Part shown: one piece after another, positions 8,890 through 19,438 of the stretch | Layout: every line of letters begins with the position of its first letter | Position numbering within the stretch: the stretch's first letter is position 1 | NCBI GenBank assembly: GCA_965198115.1 | Contig: OZ240241.1 | Span: 4,160,001 to 4,224,000, forward strand | DNA length: 64,000 bases | Source: Candidatus Latescibacterota bacterium | GTDB lineage: Bacteria > Latescibacterota > UBA2968 | Direction: 5' to 3' | Notes under the pieces: generated by a model | Databases searched by the model: none | Told to the model about the DNA's origin: nothing | What the model saw: only the letters and a program-made list of their open reading frames with translations | Program-made: the position numbers and the translations under genes

Positions 8890-11800
8890 ATGTTGCGTCC
8901 TCTCACCACGCACCGCAGCCTCTTCCTCTTCCTCAGCTTCCTCTCGATCTCCGTGAGTGGAACATCGGCGCAGCAAGAGCGCGTCACACCCGGAGAAGTG
9001 CTCCTCCGTGTTCGCTCTGCGGCCGCTAAGCCCTCAATCCTCGACACGCACGATTTGCAGATCATCTCGATCGAAGCGGTTTTCGACGAACGGAGTGTCC
9101 GAACCAAGCCGACACCGGCGAGTGAAATGCTGATCTATCGCGTGTCCTACGCCTCGTCGCACACCCCGCAGGAGGCAGCCGCCCTGCTCTCCCGTCGACC
9201 GGGCGTCCTCTACGCGCAGCCCAACCACGTCTTCCACACACTCGATCGACCGAACGACCCGCGCTTCGGCGAACAACCGCTCGACCGGATCGGATGGACC
9301 GCGTTGCGTAACGCTTTCGGCCCGGCCGACCGTCAGGTCATCGTGGGTATCATCGACTCGGGTGTCGACGTCACGCACGAAGACCTCAGAGACAACATCT
9401 GGGTGAATTCGGTCGAAGCCAATGGGATCGCTGGTGTCGATGATGACGGGAACGGCTACGTCGACGACATCAACGGCTGGGATTTCACCGATGCACCGCG
9501 TCTCCCCGGCAAAGGGGATTACATCGATCCCGACAACGACGTGGCCGACGAATCGGGTCACGGTACACAGGTCGCCGGCGTCGCAGGCGCGGTGACCGAC
9601 AACGGAATCGGGGTAGCCGGCGTGGCCGATTGCCTGATTATGCCGATCCGGGCGGGGCTCACCTTCAGCCAGGGGGGAACGTTTCTGCAGGAAGACGACC
9701 TCGCCGCCGGCGTCCTCTACGCCGTCGAAAACGGCGCCGAAGTCCTCAACTTCAGCTGGGGCAGCCCGGAAAGAACGTTCGTCCTCGAAGACGCCATCGC
9801 CGTCGCGATCCGTCACGGTCTGACGATCGTCGTCGCTGCCGGAAACACGAGCAGCCAGCCCGTCTCCTTCCCCGCGAGCACGGACGGCGTCATCTCGGTC
9901 GCCGCCGTCGACGCGGAAAACCGTCTTGCCAGCTTCAGCAGCACCGGACCACGTCTCGACCTCGTCGCGCCCGGTGTCAACATTCTCGGCGTCGGACTGA
10001 ACAGCACATACACCGTCCGGTCGGGCACGTCATTCGCCGCGCCGCACATCGCGGGTCTGGCCGCGATCCTGCTCGCACGCCATCCCTCTTGGACTGCGGA
10101 ACAAGTGCGCGGCGCCCTCGTCTCCACCGCAACCGACCTCGGCGCGTCGGGTTGGGACGAGCGCTACGGTGCGGGCCTCATCGACGGAGCCGCTCTGGGA
10201 GAAACGTTCGGCGGCAGCGGGGCCGTCCCCCCGACTTTGCGAATCACCTCTCCGATGAACGAAGCGGGCGCAGCGACGACCGTCGACGTGACGGCAAGCG
10301 CGACCGGGCCGACGACCGCCTACCGTCTATCCTGGGGTAGGGAACTGAGTCCCACCGCCTGGAACCTCACAGCGAGCGGCTCCGACGCCACGGACGTAAA
10401 CCACCTCATCACACTTCCCGACAATCTCGGCGATACACCCGTCGTCCTCCGTCTGGAAGTCGACCTCGCCAGCGGCACAATCGAGGATCGCGTCGTGATT
10501 CACGCGCGTGCCCAGCCGCCGAACATCATCGCCCTGTCCACGACCCCGTCGCTCGTGGGTAACCGTCGCCTTTCCAGCGTTCACTGGATCACGCAAACGC
10601 CGACACGCGGCCTGCTCGTCATCGACGAACTCGACGGAACCGAACCCGACACCCTGACGTCACCCGTCGTCCACACGGCTCACGAAATCGAAATCCCCGG
10701 ACCCGGACGTCGCATCGGGTTCACGGTCGTCGCCATCGGCCCGACGGGGAGGCGAACGACATCCGTTCGCGACACGATCGTCATCGACCCAGCTCGCTTC
10801 ACCGACATCGGCTTTGCGGAAATCGCTCGCCTGCCCGATGGCTTCTTGACCGATCGTCCGTCTGATTTCGACGGAGACGGGCGCTTGGAGCTCGCCCTTA
10901 TGCCTTACATCGAGGGCCAGGCTTTCGGTCCCATAGAGCTCCACGAGTGGACCGACGACAGGACTTTCGAACACACCTTCACCACGACCACAGGGGCGCT
11001 CCCTTACAGTGTGGGGGACGTCACGGGAGACGGACGTCCCGAACTTCTGGCCACGACGATCGCAGAGATCCGGGTTCTGTCGGGGTTGCTGGCACCCGAC
11101 ACGGAGCGTTTTGCGCGGTCGGCTGTGTTAGGGCTGGGGTTCGAGGACGTCGACGACGACGGCATTGACGACCTCCTCACGCGGAACCCGATTCAACGCG
11201 GCATCCAGATCGTCGACGGTGCGGCAGGATCCTACACCGACCGAGATTTTCTACCGAACCCGTCGTCCGGGACCGGCATAATCGGGCCCCGTGTGGTCGT
11301 CGCTGACCTGGACGGAGACGGTCGAAGCGAGATTCTGACGGGGGACGGAGACGGCGATTTCTGGATCTACGAATTGGATGGAGTGGGCGGATTCGGTGAG
11401 ACTTGGCTCCAACCAGGGCCCGACGGATCCGACGCCAGCTGGGTCGGCGGCGGACAGGACCTGGACGGAGACGGGGACGTCGAATTCGTCGTCGCCCTGG
11501 CCAACGAGAACCCGGACAACGCCCTCAACGGAGCCTGGATCGTCCAGGTCTGGAGTGCGATCGACGACGACGCGTTCGGGATCGAGTGGGAAACCCGAAT
11601 CACGGGCGTCCTCACACCCGGCAATGGGATCGCAACGGGCGACATCGACGGGGACGGGCTCGCCGACCTGGCGCTCTGCATTCTGCCGGATCTCTATCTC
11701 ATCCGATCGAACGGCCCGAACAGCTACACACCTTTCTGGCATACACAAGTCAGCCTCACCCATCGACCCGTCATCGCCGACTTCGACAGAGACAACATCC

Positions 11801-12588
11801 CCGAAATCGTCTTCAACGCCGAAGGGGTCATCAAGGTCCTCGAGCGCAGCGGCGGCGTCGAGACGACGCAACGCCCTGAGATTCTGAGCGCGCGACCGTC
11901 CGCCAACGGAACGGTCGTCCTGGCGTGGACGGCCGCCCCTGAAGCGACCGCCTACCGCGTCCACCGGCTTCAGAATGGCGACGATCGGATGGTCGCGGAG
12001 GTGCTCGAGTCCACGTTCATCGACTCGAGTCTCCGCATCGGCGTCCCCGTCGATTACGAAGTCGAAGCCCTACTCGCGGGCGGCACATCGCTCCGATCCG
12101 GCCCAGTCAGGGTCGTGCCGACTTCGGCTCCGTCCATCACTCGGGTCAGCCTCGTCGATCCTTACAGCCTGGCCGTCCACTTTTCCGAAACGATGGCGCG
12201 CGCCATCGCAGACCCCGACGCCTACACGATCGACGGTCTGGGACACCCGAATTCTGCCCTCCTCGACCGTGCAAGAAGGCGGGTCGTCCTCACGTTCACC
12301 GACTCGGTTCGCTCGGATCGCAGTTACCGGCTCGACCTCGGCGAGACCGTCGCCGACACGAGTGGCGTGCGCATCGACCGTGCGCATTTCGATTTCACGC
12401 TCGGGCCGACCGCAGAAGCCGCACGCGCCGACTTCGACGACAGCGGGGACGTCGGGTTTTCCGATTTCATCCTGTTCGCGGCCGCCTTCGGCACGACCGA
12501 CGTCGGGTTCGACCTCGATGAGGACGGGCTGGTGGGTTTTGCGGACTTCCTCGCATTCGCCGCCCTGTTTGGGCAGACCGTGGGGTGA
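8890..12588 (+). CDS. Secreted S8 subtilisin-like protease with FG-GAP/VCBS repeats, FN3/Ig-like domains and C-terminal dockerin/EF-hand-like domain
   Basis: Signal peptide; triad IIDSG / GHGTQVAG / SGTSFAAPHIAG; repeated DxDGDG; terminal ADFDDSGDVGFSDF...DLDEDGLVGFADF. Confidence 0.9.
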   Translation: MLRPLTTHRSLFLFLSFLSISVSGTSAQQERVTPGEVLLRVRSAAAKPSILDTHDLQIISIEAVFDERSVRTKPTPASEMLIYRVSYASSHTPQEAAALLSRRPGVLYAQPNHVFHTLDRPNDPRFGEQPLDRIGWTALRNAFGPADRQVIVGIIDSGVDVTHEDLRDNIWVNSVEANGIAGVDDDGNGYVDDINGWDFTDAPRLPGKGDYIDPDNDVADESGHGTQVAGVAGAVTDNGIGVAGVADCLIMPIRAGLTFSQGGTFLQEDDLAAGVLYAVENGAEVLNFSWGSPERTFVLEDAIAVAIRHGLTIVVAAGNTSSQPVSFPASTDGVISVAAVDAENRLASFSSTGPRLDLVAPGVNILGVGLNSTYTVRSGTSFAAPHIAGLAAILLARHPSWTAEQVRGALVSTATDLGASGWDERYGAGLIDGAALGETFGGSGAVPPTLRITSPMNEAGAATTVDVTASATGPTTAYRLSWGRELSPTAWNLTASGSDATDVNHLITLPDNLGDTPVVLRLEVDLASGTIEDRVVIHARAQPPNIIALSTTPSLVGNRRLSSVHWITQTPTRGLLVIDELDGTEPDTLTSPVVHTAHEIEIPGPGRRIGFTVVAIGPTGRRTTSVRDTIVIDPARFTDIGFAEIARLPDGFLTDRPSDFDGDGRLELALMPYIEGQAFGPIELHEWTDDRTFEHTFTTTTGALPYSVGDVTGDGRPELLATTIAEIRVLSGLLAPDTERFARSAVLGLGFEDVDDDGIDDLLTRNPIQRGIQIVDGAAGSYTDRDFLPNPSSGTGIIGPRVVVADLDGDGRSEILTGDGDGDFWIYELDGVGGFGETWLQPGPDGSDASWVGGGQDLDGDGDVEFVVALANENPDNALNGAWIVQVWSAIDDDAFGIEWETRITGVLTPGNGIATGDIDGDGLADLALCILPDLYLIRSNGPNSYTPFWHTQVSLTHRPVIADFDRDNIPEIVFNAEGVIKVLERSGGVETTQRPEILSARPSANGTVVLAWTAAPEATAYRVHRLQNGDDRMVAEVLESTFIDSSLRIGVPVDYEVEALLAGGTSLRSGPVRVVPTSAPSITRVSLVDPYSLAVHFSETMARAIADPDAYTIDGLGHPNSALLDRARRRVVLTFTDSVRSDRSYRLDLGETVADTSGVRIDRAHFDFTLGPTAEAARADFDDSGDVGFSDFILFAAAFGTTDVGFDLDEDGLVGFADFLAFAALFGQTVG

Positions 12589-12642
12589 GCGAGCAGGCGA
12601 CTTGGCGAGCAGGAGAGCGGACGTGGCAATGGCGGGTTGCTT

Positions 12643-12741
12643 GTGCACCGTTCGCCCTTCGATACGACGGGGCGATGCCTACAGCAAAGGATTCCGCTCG
12701 AACCGGCTTCTGTGGCCGTCTACTCAGGGTGAGCGGTGCAC
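12643..12741. repeat. Palindromic REP/MITE-like element, copy B, nested in a longer imperfect IR (12587-12632 / 12771-12812)
   Basis: GTGCACCG...CGGTGCAC terminal IR enclosing CCCTTCGATACG...CTACTCAGGG. Confidence 0.55.
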
Positions 12742-12926
12742 TACACTGTCGGCTGAACATTTCGGCCATCCCACTGCCACACTCGCTCTCCCAGTCGCCC
12801 GCTCACTCGCTCCTTCTTTCAACCGTGGTTCGGTTTTCGACTTGATCCCACACCATTCCCGCCGTATCAATCTTCCCCCCGCAGCGCTCCCCCGCGACAT
12901 CACAACCTACCTGATCGGAGTCACGT

Positions 12927-13811
12927 GTGATCTTCACCCAGCGTTTCAACGACGTGCTGGTCACCCTTTATCAGGAAGACTGTATTCAGGGGATGCAGGA
13001 CGGGCTCGACCCGGGCACCGTGGACGTCGTGGTGACCTCCCCTCCCTACAATCTGGGCACCACGTATTCGGGTTACGACGACACCATCCCCCGTGAGAAC
13101 TACCTGGACTGGATGGAAGAGTGGGCGGCGCAGGTCCATCGCGTTCTCTCCAACGAAGGTTCTGTCTTCCTCAACATCGGTGCCAAACCTTCCGACCCGA
13201 CCGTTCCCTTCCAGGTCTTGAGTCGTGTCCAGAAGTACTTCCGCCTTCAGAACGTCATTCACTGGATCAAGTCCATCTCGATCCTCAAGGAAGACGTCGG
13301 AGACTACCCCAACATCACAGGCAACATCGGCATCGGACATTTCAAACCGATCAACAGCCCCCGATACCTCAACGATTGCCACGAGTACATCTTCCACCTG
13401 ACCAAATCGGGGAGTGTGCAGCTCGACAGACTCGCGATCGGAGTCGAGTACCAGGACAAATCGAACGTCACCCGGTGGAAGTCAGCAGGGTCCGACCGAC
13501 GCTGTCGAGGAAACACCTGGTTCGTCCCCTACAAGACCATCCGGGACCGGCAGAAGCAGCGCCCTCACCCCGCCACGTTTCCTGTGAAGATTCCACGAAT
13601 GTGCATCCAGCTCCACGGGGTCGAACGAACTCGCACCGTCCTCGATCCCTTTCTGGGAATCGGGGTCAGCGCCCTCGCAGCGATTGAACTCGGTGTGGGC
13701 TTTTGCGGATTCGAGATCGTCGACGAATACTTCGACGAGTCCCGACGCCTGATCAAGGAAGCGACCCCTCCCTCGCAAGCTACCGTTCCGGTAGTGGGTG
13801 GAGACGCGTAG
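12927..13811 (+). CDS. Orphan site-specific DNA methyltransferase (N4C/N6A, beta class)
   Basis: VVTSPPYN catalytic motif precedes HPATFP and VLDPFLGIG SAM-binding motif; no adjacent REase. Confidence 0.9.
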   Translation: MIFTQRFNDVLVTLYQEDCIQGMQDGLDPGTVDVVVTSPPYNLGTTYSGYDDTIPRENYLDWMEEWAAQVHRVLSNEGSVFLNIGAKPSDPTVPFQVLSRVQKYFRLQNVIHWIKSISILKEDVGDYPNITGNIGIGHFKPINSPRYLNDCHEYIFHLTKSGSVQLDRLAIGVEYQDKSNVTRWKSAGSDRRCRGNTWFVPYKTIRDRQKQRPHPATFPVKIPRMCIQLHGVERTRTVLDPFLGIGVSALAAIELGVGFCGFEIVDEYFDESRRLIKEATPPSQATVPVVGGDA

Positions 13812-13826
13812 GTAGAGGATGGGCTT

Positions 13827-15299
13827 ATGCGCGTGCTGATTGGCGAACTGAAGCAGGAGACGTCCTCCTTCAACCCCCGTCTCACGGAACGGGAGCAGTT
13901 CGAGGCCCTTCGTGGGGAGGACATCCGCAGCCTGGAGGGGACGAACACCGAACTCGCAGGCGCGCTCGACGTCTTCGCCGAGCACGATAACATCGAGATC
14001 GTCCCCACATTCGCCGCGTGGTCCTGCTCGGGCGGGCCAATCGCCACGGCCACCCTCGACAGCCTGACCGACGACCTGGTGAGCGCCATCCGGACATCCA
14101 ACCAGGACATCGATGCGGCCTACATCTCGTTCCACGGCGCAATGCAGGGCGAGGAAGAGATGGATCCCGAAGGCCGAGCCCTCGACCGTATCCGCGCAGA
14201 GCTCGGCGACATTCCGATCGTCACGAGCTTCGACCTTCACGGCATCCTCACCGATCGTCTCGTCTACGAATCGGACGTCCTCGTAGCGTTCCACACGTAT
14301 CCACACGTCGATATGTATCAGACGGGTGCACGCGCCGCCCGCAATCTCGTTCGGCTGATGCAAAACGAGGTCAAGCCTTCGGTTGCCCGCGTCCAGCTCC
14401 CGATGCTCGTCCGCGGCGATGAGCTGATCACCGAAACCGGCCTCTTCGGGCAGGCGATCCGGACCTGTCAGGAGGTCGAAGCGTCCACCGGCGGGCTTTC
14501 CGCCGCCGTCTTCATCGGCAACCCGTTCACTGACGTACCCGACCTGCGCACCAACATCGTCGTCACGACCGACAATGATCCCGTTCGGGCGAAGGAAGTA
14601 TCCGAGAGCATCGCGCGCTTCATGTGGAGCCAGCGCGACCATCTCAAGGCCGACCTCGTCGAGCTGGACGAAGCCATCGCCATCGCGAACAGGACGGACG
14701 GCCTCACCATCTTCTCCGATGCGGCGGACGCCACCTCGTCCGGCGCGTCTGGCGATAGTAACCACATTCTCCGCGGCCTCCTCGATTCGGGCTACACAGG
14801 GAACGCACTCCTGCCGCTGGTCGATCCTCCCGCCGTTGAACGTGCCTTCGGCGCGGGCGTCGGTGCAACGCTCACGCTGTCTCTGGGCGGAGCCCTCGAT
14901 CCTGCCCGCCATCCTCCGCTCGAATGCGAAGCCTATGTTCAGAGCCTCCACGACGGCGTCTATCGAACGGAGGACGGGACGCTCGAAAGCGGAGGTAAGA
15001 CTGCCGTCCTCCGGGTGGGCACCTGCTCGCTGCTCGTGACGAGCCTGCCTGTCTCCATCATGGGACGCCGTGTGTTCGAATCCCGCGGTCTGGACCCGGT
15101 CGACTTCGACCTTTGTGTGTGCAAGTCCCCCAATGGATTCCGCACGCACTATCAGGCCATCGCGGAGGAGATCGTCCCCGTCGACGTCCCGGGCTCGACC
15201 AGCGCAAACCTCCATTCGCTGCCCTACGAACGGTGCCCGCGGCCGATGTTTCCTCTGGACGACGACGTCACCGTCGACATCGTGGCGACGGTCAAATGA
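13827..15299 (+). CDS. M81 family metallopeptidase (MlrC-like)
   Basis: KQETSSF, FHGAM, DPEG, SFDLHG, TYPHVD. Confidence 0.9.
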   Translation: MRVLIGELKQETSSFNPRLTEREQFEALRGEDIRSLEGTNTELAGALDVFAEHDNIEIVPTFAAWSCSGGPIATATLDSLTDDLVSAIRTSNQDIDAAYISFHGAMQGEEEMDPEGRALDRIRAELGDIPIVTSFDLHGILTDRLVYESDVLVAFHTYPHVDMYQTGARAARNLVRLMQNEVKPSVARVQLPMLVRGDELITETGLFGQAIRTCQEVEASTGGLSAAVFIGNPFTDVPDLRTNIVVTTDNDPVRAKEVSESIARFMWSQRDHLKADLVELDEAIAIANRTDGLTIFSDAADATSSGASGDSNHILRGLLDSGYTGNALLPLVDPPAVERAFGAGVGATLTLSLGGALDPARHPPLECEAYVQSLHDGVYRTEDGTLESGGKTAVLRVGTCSLLVTSLPVSIMGRRVFESRGLDPVDFDLCVCKSPNGFRTHYQAIAEEIVPVDVPGSTSANLHSLPYERCPRPMFPLDDDVTVDIVATVK

Positions 15300-16087
15300 C
15301 CTTCGCCGAACGTTACGGACCGTGGGGCCTCGTCACCGGCGCCTCGTCGGGTATCGGTGCCGAATTCGCGCGGCAACTCGCCGGCAGAGGGCTCAACGTC
15401 GTCCTCGTCGCCCGTCGTCAGGACCGGCTTCAGCAGGTCTCACAGGAAGTCGAATCCTCTTCCGGCGTTGGCACACGCATAATCGTCTCGGATCTCACGG
15501 CGAAAGACGGGTGTCGCCACGTCATCGAAGAAACAGCGAACCTCGACATCGGTCTGCTCGTCAACAACGCCGGCTACGGAATGTCCGGCCACTACCACCA
15601 GCTCGACGCCGACCGCCAAGTGCAGATGACGGTCCTGAATTGCGTCGTGCCCATCCTGCTCACGAACCACTACTTGCCCGCGCTCAAGGAGCGAGGGCAC
15701 GGCGGGCTGATCTTCCTGGCTTCTCTCGCCGGTTACCAAGCCACCGCAAGCTTCGCCACCTACGGCGCGACCAAGGCCTTCAATCTGATGGTCGGTGAAG
15801 CGCTGTGGAAGGAGTGTCGCGAGTTTGGTGTCGACGCCCTCGCCGTGTCACCCGGCTTCACACGAACCGAATTCACGGATGTAGCGAACATCCGCGACGC
15901 CGGGCTCTACCGCACCTCGTCGCCGGACAGCGTCGTTCGCGCCGCCCTCAGGAACCTCGGACGGAAACCCTCTTTCGTACACAACCCGATGAACAAGGTG
16001 CTCGCCTTCTCCAGCCGACTCCTTCCGCGTCGTGCCGTCATCGCCATCACCCACGCCTCATTACGAGGCCGCTCGAAACAGGAATGA
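15296..16087 (+). CDS. SDR family oxidoreductase
   Basis: VTGASSGIG, NNAG, YGATK; ATGA overlap with the upstream stop. Confidence 0.9.
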   Translation: MTFAERYGPWGLVTGASSGIGAEFARQLAGRGLNVVLVARRQDRLQQVSQEVESSSGVGTRIIVSDLTAKDGCRHVIEETANLDIGLLVNNAGYGMSGHYHQLDADRQVQMTVLNCVVPILLTNHYLPALKERGHGGLIFLASLAGYQATASFATYGATKAFNLMVGEALWKECREFGVDALAVSPGFTRTEFTDVANIRDAGLYRTSSPDSVVRAALRNLGRKPSFVHNPMNKVLAFSSRLLPRRAVIAITHASLRGRSKQE

Positions 16088-17133
16088 GAAAACTCGTCTC
16101 CCACACCGGCGTCAGCTACGACGTCGCAAACCCGCGGTGGAAGTGTGATTCCGGTGCGCTCCTCGATCTCGAGTTCGAGGCTCGATTCGAGCAAAGCGAC
16201 CGCGGTGGGATGTGGAAATACCGCTCGGCGATTCCGATTCCCGACGACAGCCACATCGTAAGCTTCGACGAGGGCGGGACCCCTCTCACCCGCGTGGAGG
16301 TCGCGGGCCAGGACGTCTGGCTCAAACAGGACCACCTCTTTCCCTCGGGCTCCTACAAGGACCGCGGCGCATCGGTCCTGATCAGCAGGGCCGTCGAACT
16401 CGGCGTCGACAGAGTCGTCGAAGACTCTTCCGGAAACGCCGGCGCCGCCATCGCAGCCTACTGCGCCAAAGCCGATATCGGTTGTGACATCTACGTGCCC
16501 GACTCCACCTCGCCCGCCAAGCTCGCACAGATCGAAGCCTACGGCGCCACGCTCCATCGCATTCCGGGCTCCCGCGAAGACACGGCCAACGCCGCGCTCT
16601 CCGCGGCTGAGGGCCACTTCTACGCCAGTCACGTCTGGAACCCGTTCTTCTTCCACGGAACGAAGACCTTCGCCTACGAGGTCAGCGATCAGCTCGGCCA
16701 CGCTCCCGACCGCGTCATCATTCCGACCGGCAACGGCACCCTGCTCATCGGCGTCTGGATCGGGTTCAACGACCTCCTCGTAGCGGGTCTCATCGATCGG
16801 ACGCCCCAACTCATCGCCGTGCAGGCCGCCAACTGCGCCCCCCTCGACGCCGCCTGGCGAGATGCCGCCTTTTCCACCGCCCCGACGAAAGCCGAAGGCA
16901 TCGCCATCGCCGAGCCCGCCCGCAGGAATCAGATGCTCGACATCGTTCGCCAGACGGGCGGCCGTATCCTCACCGTGAGCGAAACCGACATCGAAGCCGC
17001 CTGGGCAGACGCCGCCTCCCGCGGCTGGTTCATCGAACCGACGTCAGCCGCCGCTCTGGCTGCCGTCTCGCAGTTGGACAGCGTGGGGACAGCCGTCATC
17101 CCGCTCACCGGTCACGGTCTCAAATCACACTGA
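16084..17133 (+). CDS. Threonine synthase-like PLP enzyme
   Basis: PSGSYKDRG, DSSGNAG, PTGNG, IEPTSA, LTGHGLK. Confidence 0.85.
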   Translation: MRKLVSHTGVSYDVANPRWKCDSGALLDLEFEARFEQSDRGGMWKYRSAIPIPDDSHIVSFDEGGTPLTRVEVAGQDVWLKQDHLFPSGSYKDRGASVLISRAVELGVDRVVEDSSGNAGAAIAAYCAKADIGCDIYVPDSTSPAKLAQIEAYGATLHRIPGSREDTANAALSAAEGHFYASHVWNPFFFHGTKTFAYEVSDQLGHAPDRVIIPTGNGTLLIGVWIGFNDLLVAGLIDRTPQLIAVQAANCAPLDAAWRDAAFSTAPTKAEGIAIAEPARRNQMLDIVRQTGGRILTVSETDIEAAWADAASRGWFIEPTSAAALAAVSQLDSVGTAVIPLTGHGLKSH

Positions 17134-17142
17134 ACCGAAGGT

Positions 17143-17589
17143 GTGACGAACTCCGGCGCCTACATCCTCCTCCTGCACCTGGTCGAGGGTCGCCACATCC
17201 GAATCGGGGCGCTCGGACATCTATGCTTCGAGGCTGGCTGGTATCTCTACGTCGGGTCCGCCCTCCGCGGTCTCGATGCCCGAATCGCGCGCCATCGCCG
17301 CCACCGCAAGCGCCTGCACTGGCACGTCGACTACCTGCGCAAGGCGTGTTCCGAGGTCATCCCCCTTCCCATCCGCAGCAGCAGGAGGGACGAGTGCCCT
17401 GTTGCCCGCTCCATCTCGGGTCTGTATCATCCCGGTCCGCCCGGCTTCGGGTCGTCCGACTGTGGATGCCCCACGCATCTCTTTTTCTCGCGTGACCATC
17501 CGCTCTACGACCGGGCCTTCCACGCCCTCCTGCAGGCCTATCGAATGACCCCGGATGGCCTGAACTCCAGTAGAAAGGACACAGAATGA
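17143..17589 (+). CDS. DUF123 / Uri-superfamily GIY-YIG-like nuclease
   Basis: GAYIL, GWYLYVGSA, RIARH, LHWHVDYL, GFGSSDCGCPTHL. Confidence 0.8.
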   Translation: MTNSGAYILLLHLVEGRHIRIGALGHLCFEAGWYLYVGSALRGLDARIARHRRHRKRLHWHVDYLRKACSEVIPLPIRSSRRDECPVARSISGLYHPGPPGFGSSDCGCPTHLFFSRDHPLYDRAFHALLQAYRMTPDGLNSSRKDTE

Positions 17590-18062
17590 ACGCATTGACC
17601 GTTTTCCTCTCCGGCCACATTCACGGAGGTTGGCGGGACCGCGTCCGACAGCTGGCCGAAAGCAAGGGTCTGGACATCGCCTTCAAAGGACCGTGCGAGG
17701 ACCACGGTCTCAGCGATGACATCGGCGTACAGATTCGTGGAATCACCAGGGACGACGTAGGAGAGGACTTCTATCCGCGAGTTCAGGACGACCTGGGCGG
17801 GCGTGTCAACAACCTGCGAGCGCAGGTCTGGATCGCTCGATCCGATCTTCTGATCGCCTTTTTCGACGAAGAGCACAAGAACTACAGGCAGTGGAACGTT
17901 TCGAGTGACATCGGAGACGCCGTCGCCCTGGGCAAACCGATCATCGTCGTGCACGGACCGGGCTTCAGACATTCCTTAAAAGAGCTGGACGGGCGGGCGA
18001 ATGTCGTCGTCGACTCTCTCGAACAGGCGGTGGAGGTCCTGGCCTATGTCTGTGCGAACTGA
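17586..18062 (+). CDS. YtoQ family (nucleoside 2-deoxyribosyltransferase-like) protein
   Basis: VFLSGHIHGGWRD, DHGLSDD, YRQWN, AVALGKP, HSLKELD. Confidence 0.75.
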   Translation: MNALTVFLSGHIHGGWRDRVRQLAESKGLDIAFKGPCEDHGLSDDIGVQIRGITRDDVGEDFYPRVQDDLGGRVNNLRAQVWIARSDLLIAFFDEEHKNYRQWNVSSDIGDAVALGKPIIVVHGPGFRHSLKELDGRANVVVDSLEQAVEVLAYVCAN

Positions 18063-18091
18063 ATCCTCGGCCCCACGGATCGTTCGATGGC

Positions 18092-18120
18092 TTGACAAGA
18101 CGCAAATCAAGCCCTATAGT
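18092..18120 (+). promoter_or_regulatory. sigma70 promoter upstream of MBL hydrolase
   Basis: TTGACA-N17-TATAGT. Confidence 0.7.
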
Positions 18121-18196
18121 TCTCTCGCGTTGTCGTATCTACATACGGCATATAAACTTACACCATTCGGGTCTCCCCCGTCCTCCTTCGAACCGT

Positions 18197-19150
18197 ATGC
18201 AGATTACCTTCTGGGGCGTTCGCGGTTCCATCCCGACACCGATCTCGCCCGACGAACTCGAATTGAAAATCGCCCGCATCCTCGTCGAGGCAAGCGGACA
18301 GGCGTTCAAGAACACGAAAGAGGCTTCCGCCTTTCTGCGCGGTATGCCGTCTCTCGAGGGGGGAACGGCCGGTGGCAACACGGCCTGCCTGGAAGCCTGC
18401 TCGGGCGAAGACTCCCTCCTCATCGATGCCGGATCCGGCCTCCGCGAACTCGGTCGCAAGATGATGACCAACGGGTTCGTCGATGAAAAACCACCCGTTC
18501 ACATCCTGATGAGCCACACCCATTGGGACCACATCTGTGCGTTCCCTTTCTTCACACCCGTCTACATCCCCGGAGCATCCGTCACGCTCTACGGCTGCCA
18601 CGACGAACTGGAAGCCCGATTCCGCAACCAGAACCACCCCTATAACTTTCCCGTCCTGTTCGAAAATATGGCCGCCGACCTCACGTTCGTGCGACTCGAG
18701 CCCGACAAAGCCGTTGATATCAACGGCTTCAACGTGACCGCACACCAGCTTCACCATCCCGGTGACTCCTACGCCTACAGGCTGGAACGAGACGGCAAGT
18801 CATTCGTGTATGCGACCGACGCCTCCTACAACGACCTCACCCCCGATGCGATGGGCGAGTTCATCGAGTTCTACAAGGGGGCGGACGCCCTCGTGTTCGA
18901 CGCCCACTTCGATGACCTGATCGAGTCGTTCGAAAAGAGCGACTGGGGCCATTCCTCCTCTTTCATCGGTGTCGACATCGCGTTGAACGCCGGTGTCAAA
19001 CGTCTGGTTCTTTTCCACCACGACCACCTGAGCGACGATGCCCGCCTCGTCCGCCTGCTCGAAAGCACGAACAACTATCTCAACCACGTCGCCGATGCAG
19101 ACACGTGCGAAGTCATTCTCGGACAGGAAGGAATGGTCCTGGACCTGTAG
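18197..19150 (+). CDS. MBL-fold metallo-hydrolase (phosphodiesterase-like)
   Basis: MQITFWGVRGSIPTP, GGNTAC, DAGSG, SHTHWDH, WGHSS, LFHHD. Confidence 0.9.
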   Translation: MQITFWGVRGSIPTPISPDELELKIARILVEASGQAFKNTKEASAFLRGMPSLEGGTAGGNTACLEACSGEDSLLIDAGSGLRELGRKMMTNGFVDEKPPVHILMSHTHWDHICAFPFFTPVYIPGASVTLYGCHDELEARFRNQNHPYNFPVLFENMAADLTFVRLEPDKAVDINGFNVTAHQLHHPGDSYAYRLERDGKSFVYATDASYNDLTPDAMGEFIEFYKGADALVFDAHFDDLIESFEKSDWGHSSSFIGVDIALNAGVKRLVLFHHDHLSDDARLVRLLESTNNYLNHVADADTCEVILGQEGMVLDL

Positions 19151-19262
19151 GTGACAGGAACGACGTCGCACCCCACACGCGCCCGCACAGAGTCGAGGCG
19201 CGTCTTTTTTTGTCTATTCACCTATAAATCAAACGGATACATAGCCTCTCTGTGCTCCCTTC

Positions 19263-19290
19263 TTAAAAGTGGCCCCGGGGCCACTTTTAA
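19263..19290. terminator. Perfect 28-bp palindrome between convergent genes (bidirectional terminator candidate)
   Basis: TTAAAAGTGGCCCCGGGGCCACTTTTAA. Confidence 0.6.
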
Positions 19291-19438
19291 ACCCAACTTC
19301 AGATTCTCCACGTCTTCTCCAAATCGCTACTCGACCATCCGGCAATCGCATCCTCCAGCAACCGTCGCAGATCCTTCGAGCCCGCCGCATCGTCGACGTG
19401 AATGACGTCTGCCGTCTGGTGGTTGTGGGCCATCCACG

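Noticed and set aside
13482-15215. 577-aa minus-strand ORF (and similar long shadow ORFs such as 54020-55252)
   Set aside because: Antisense shadows of well-supported genes in high-GC DNA; no motifs
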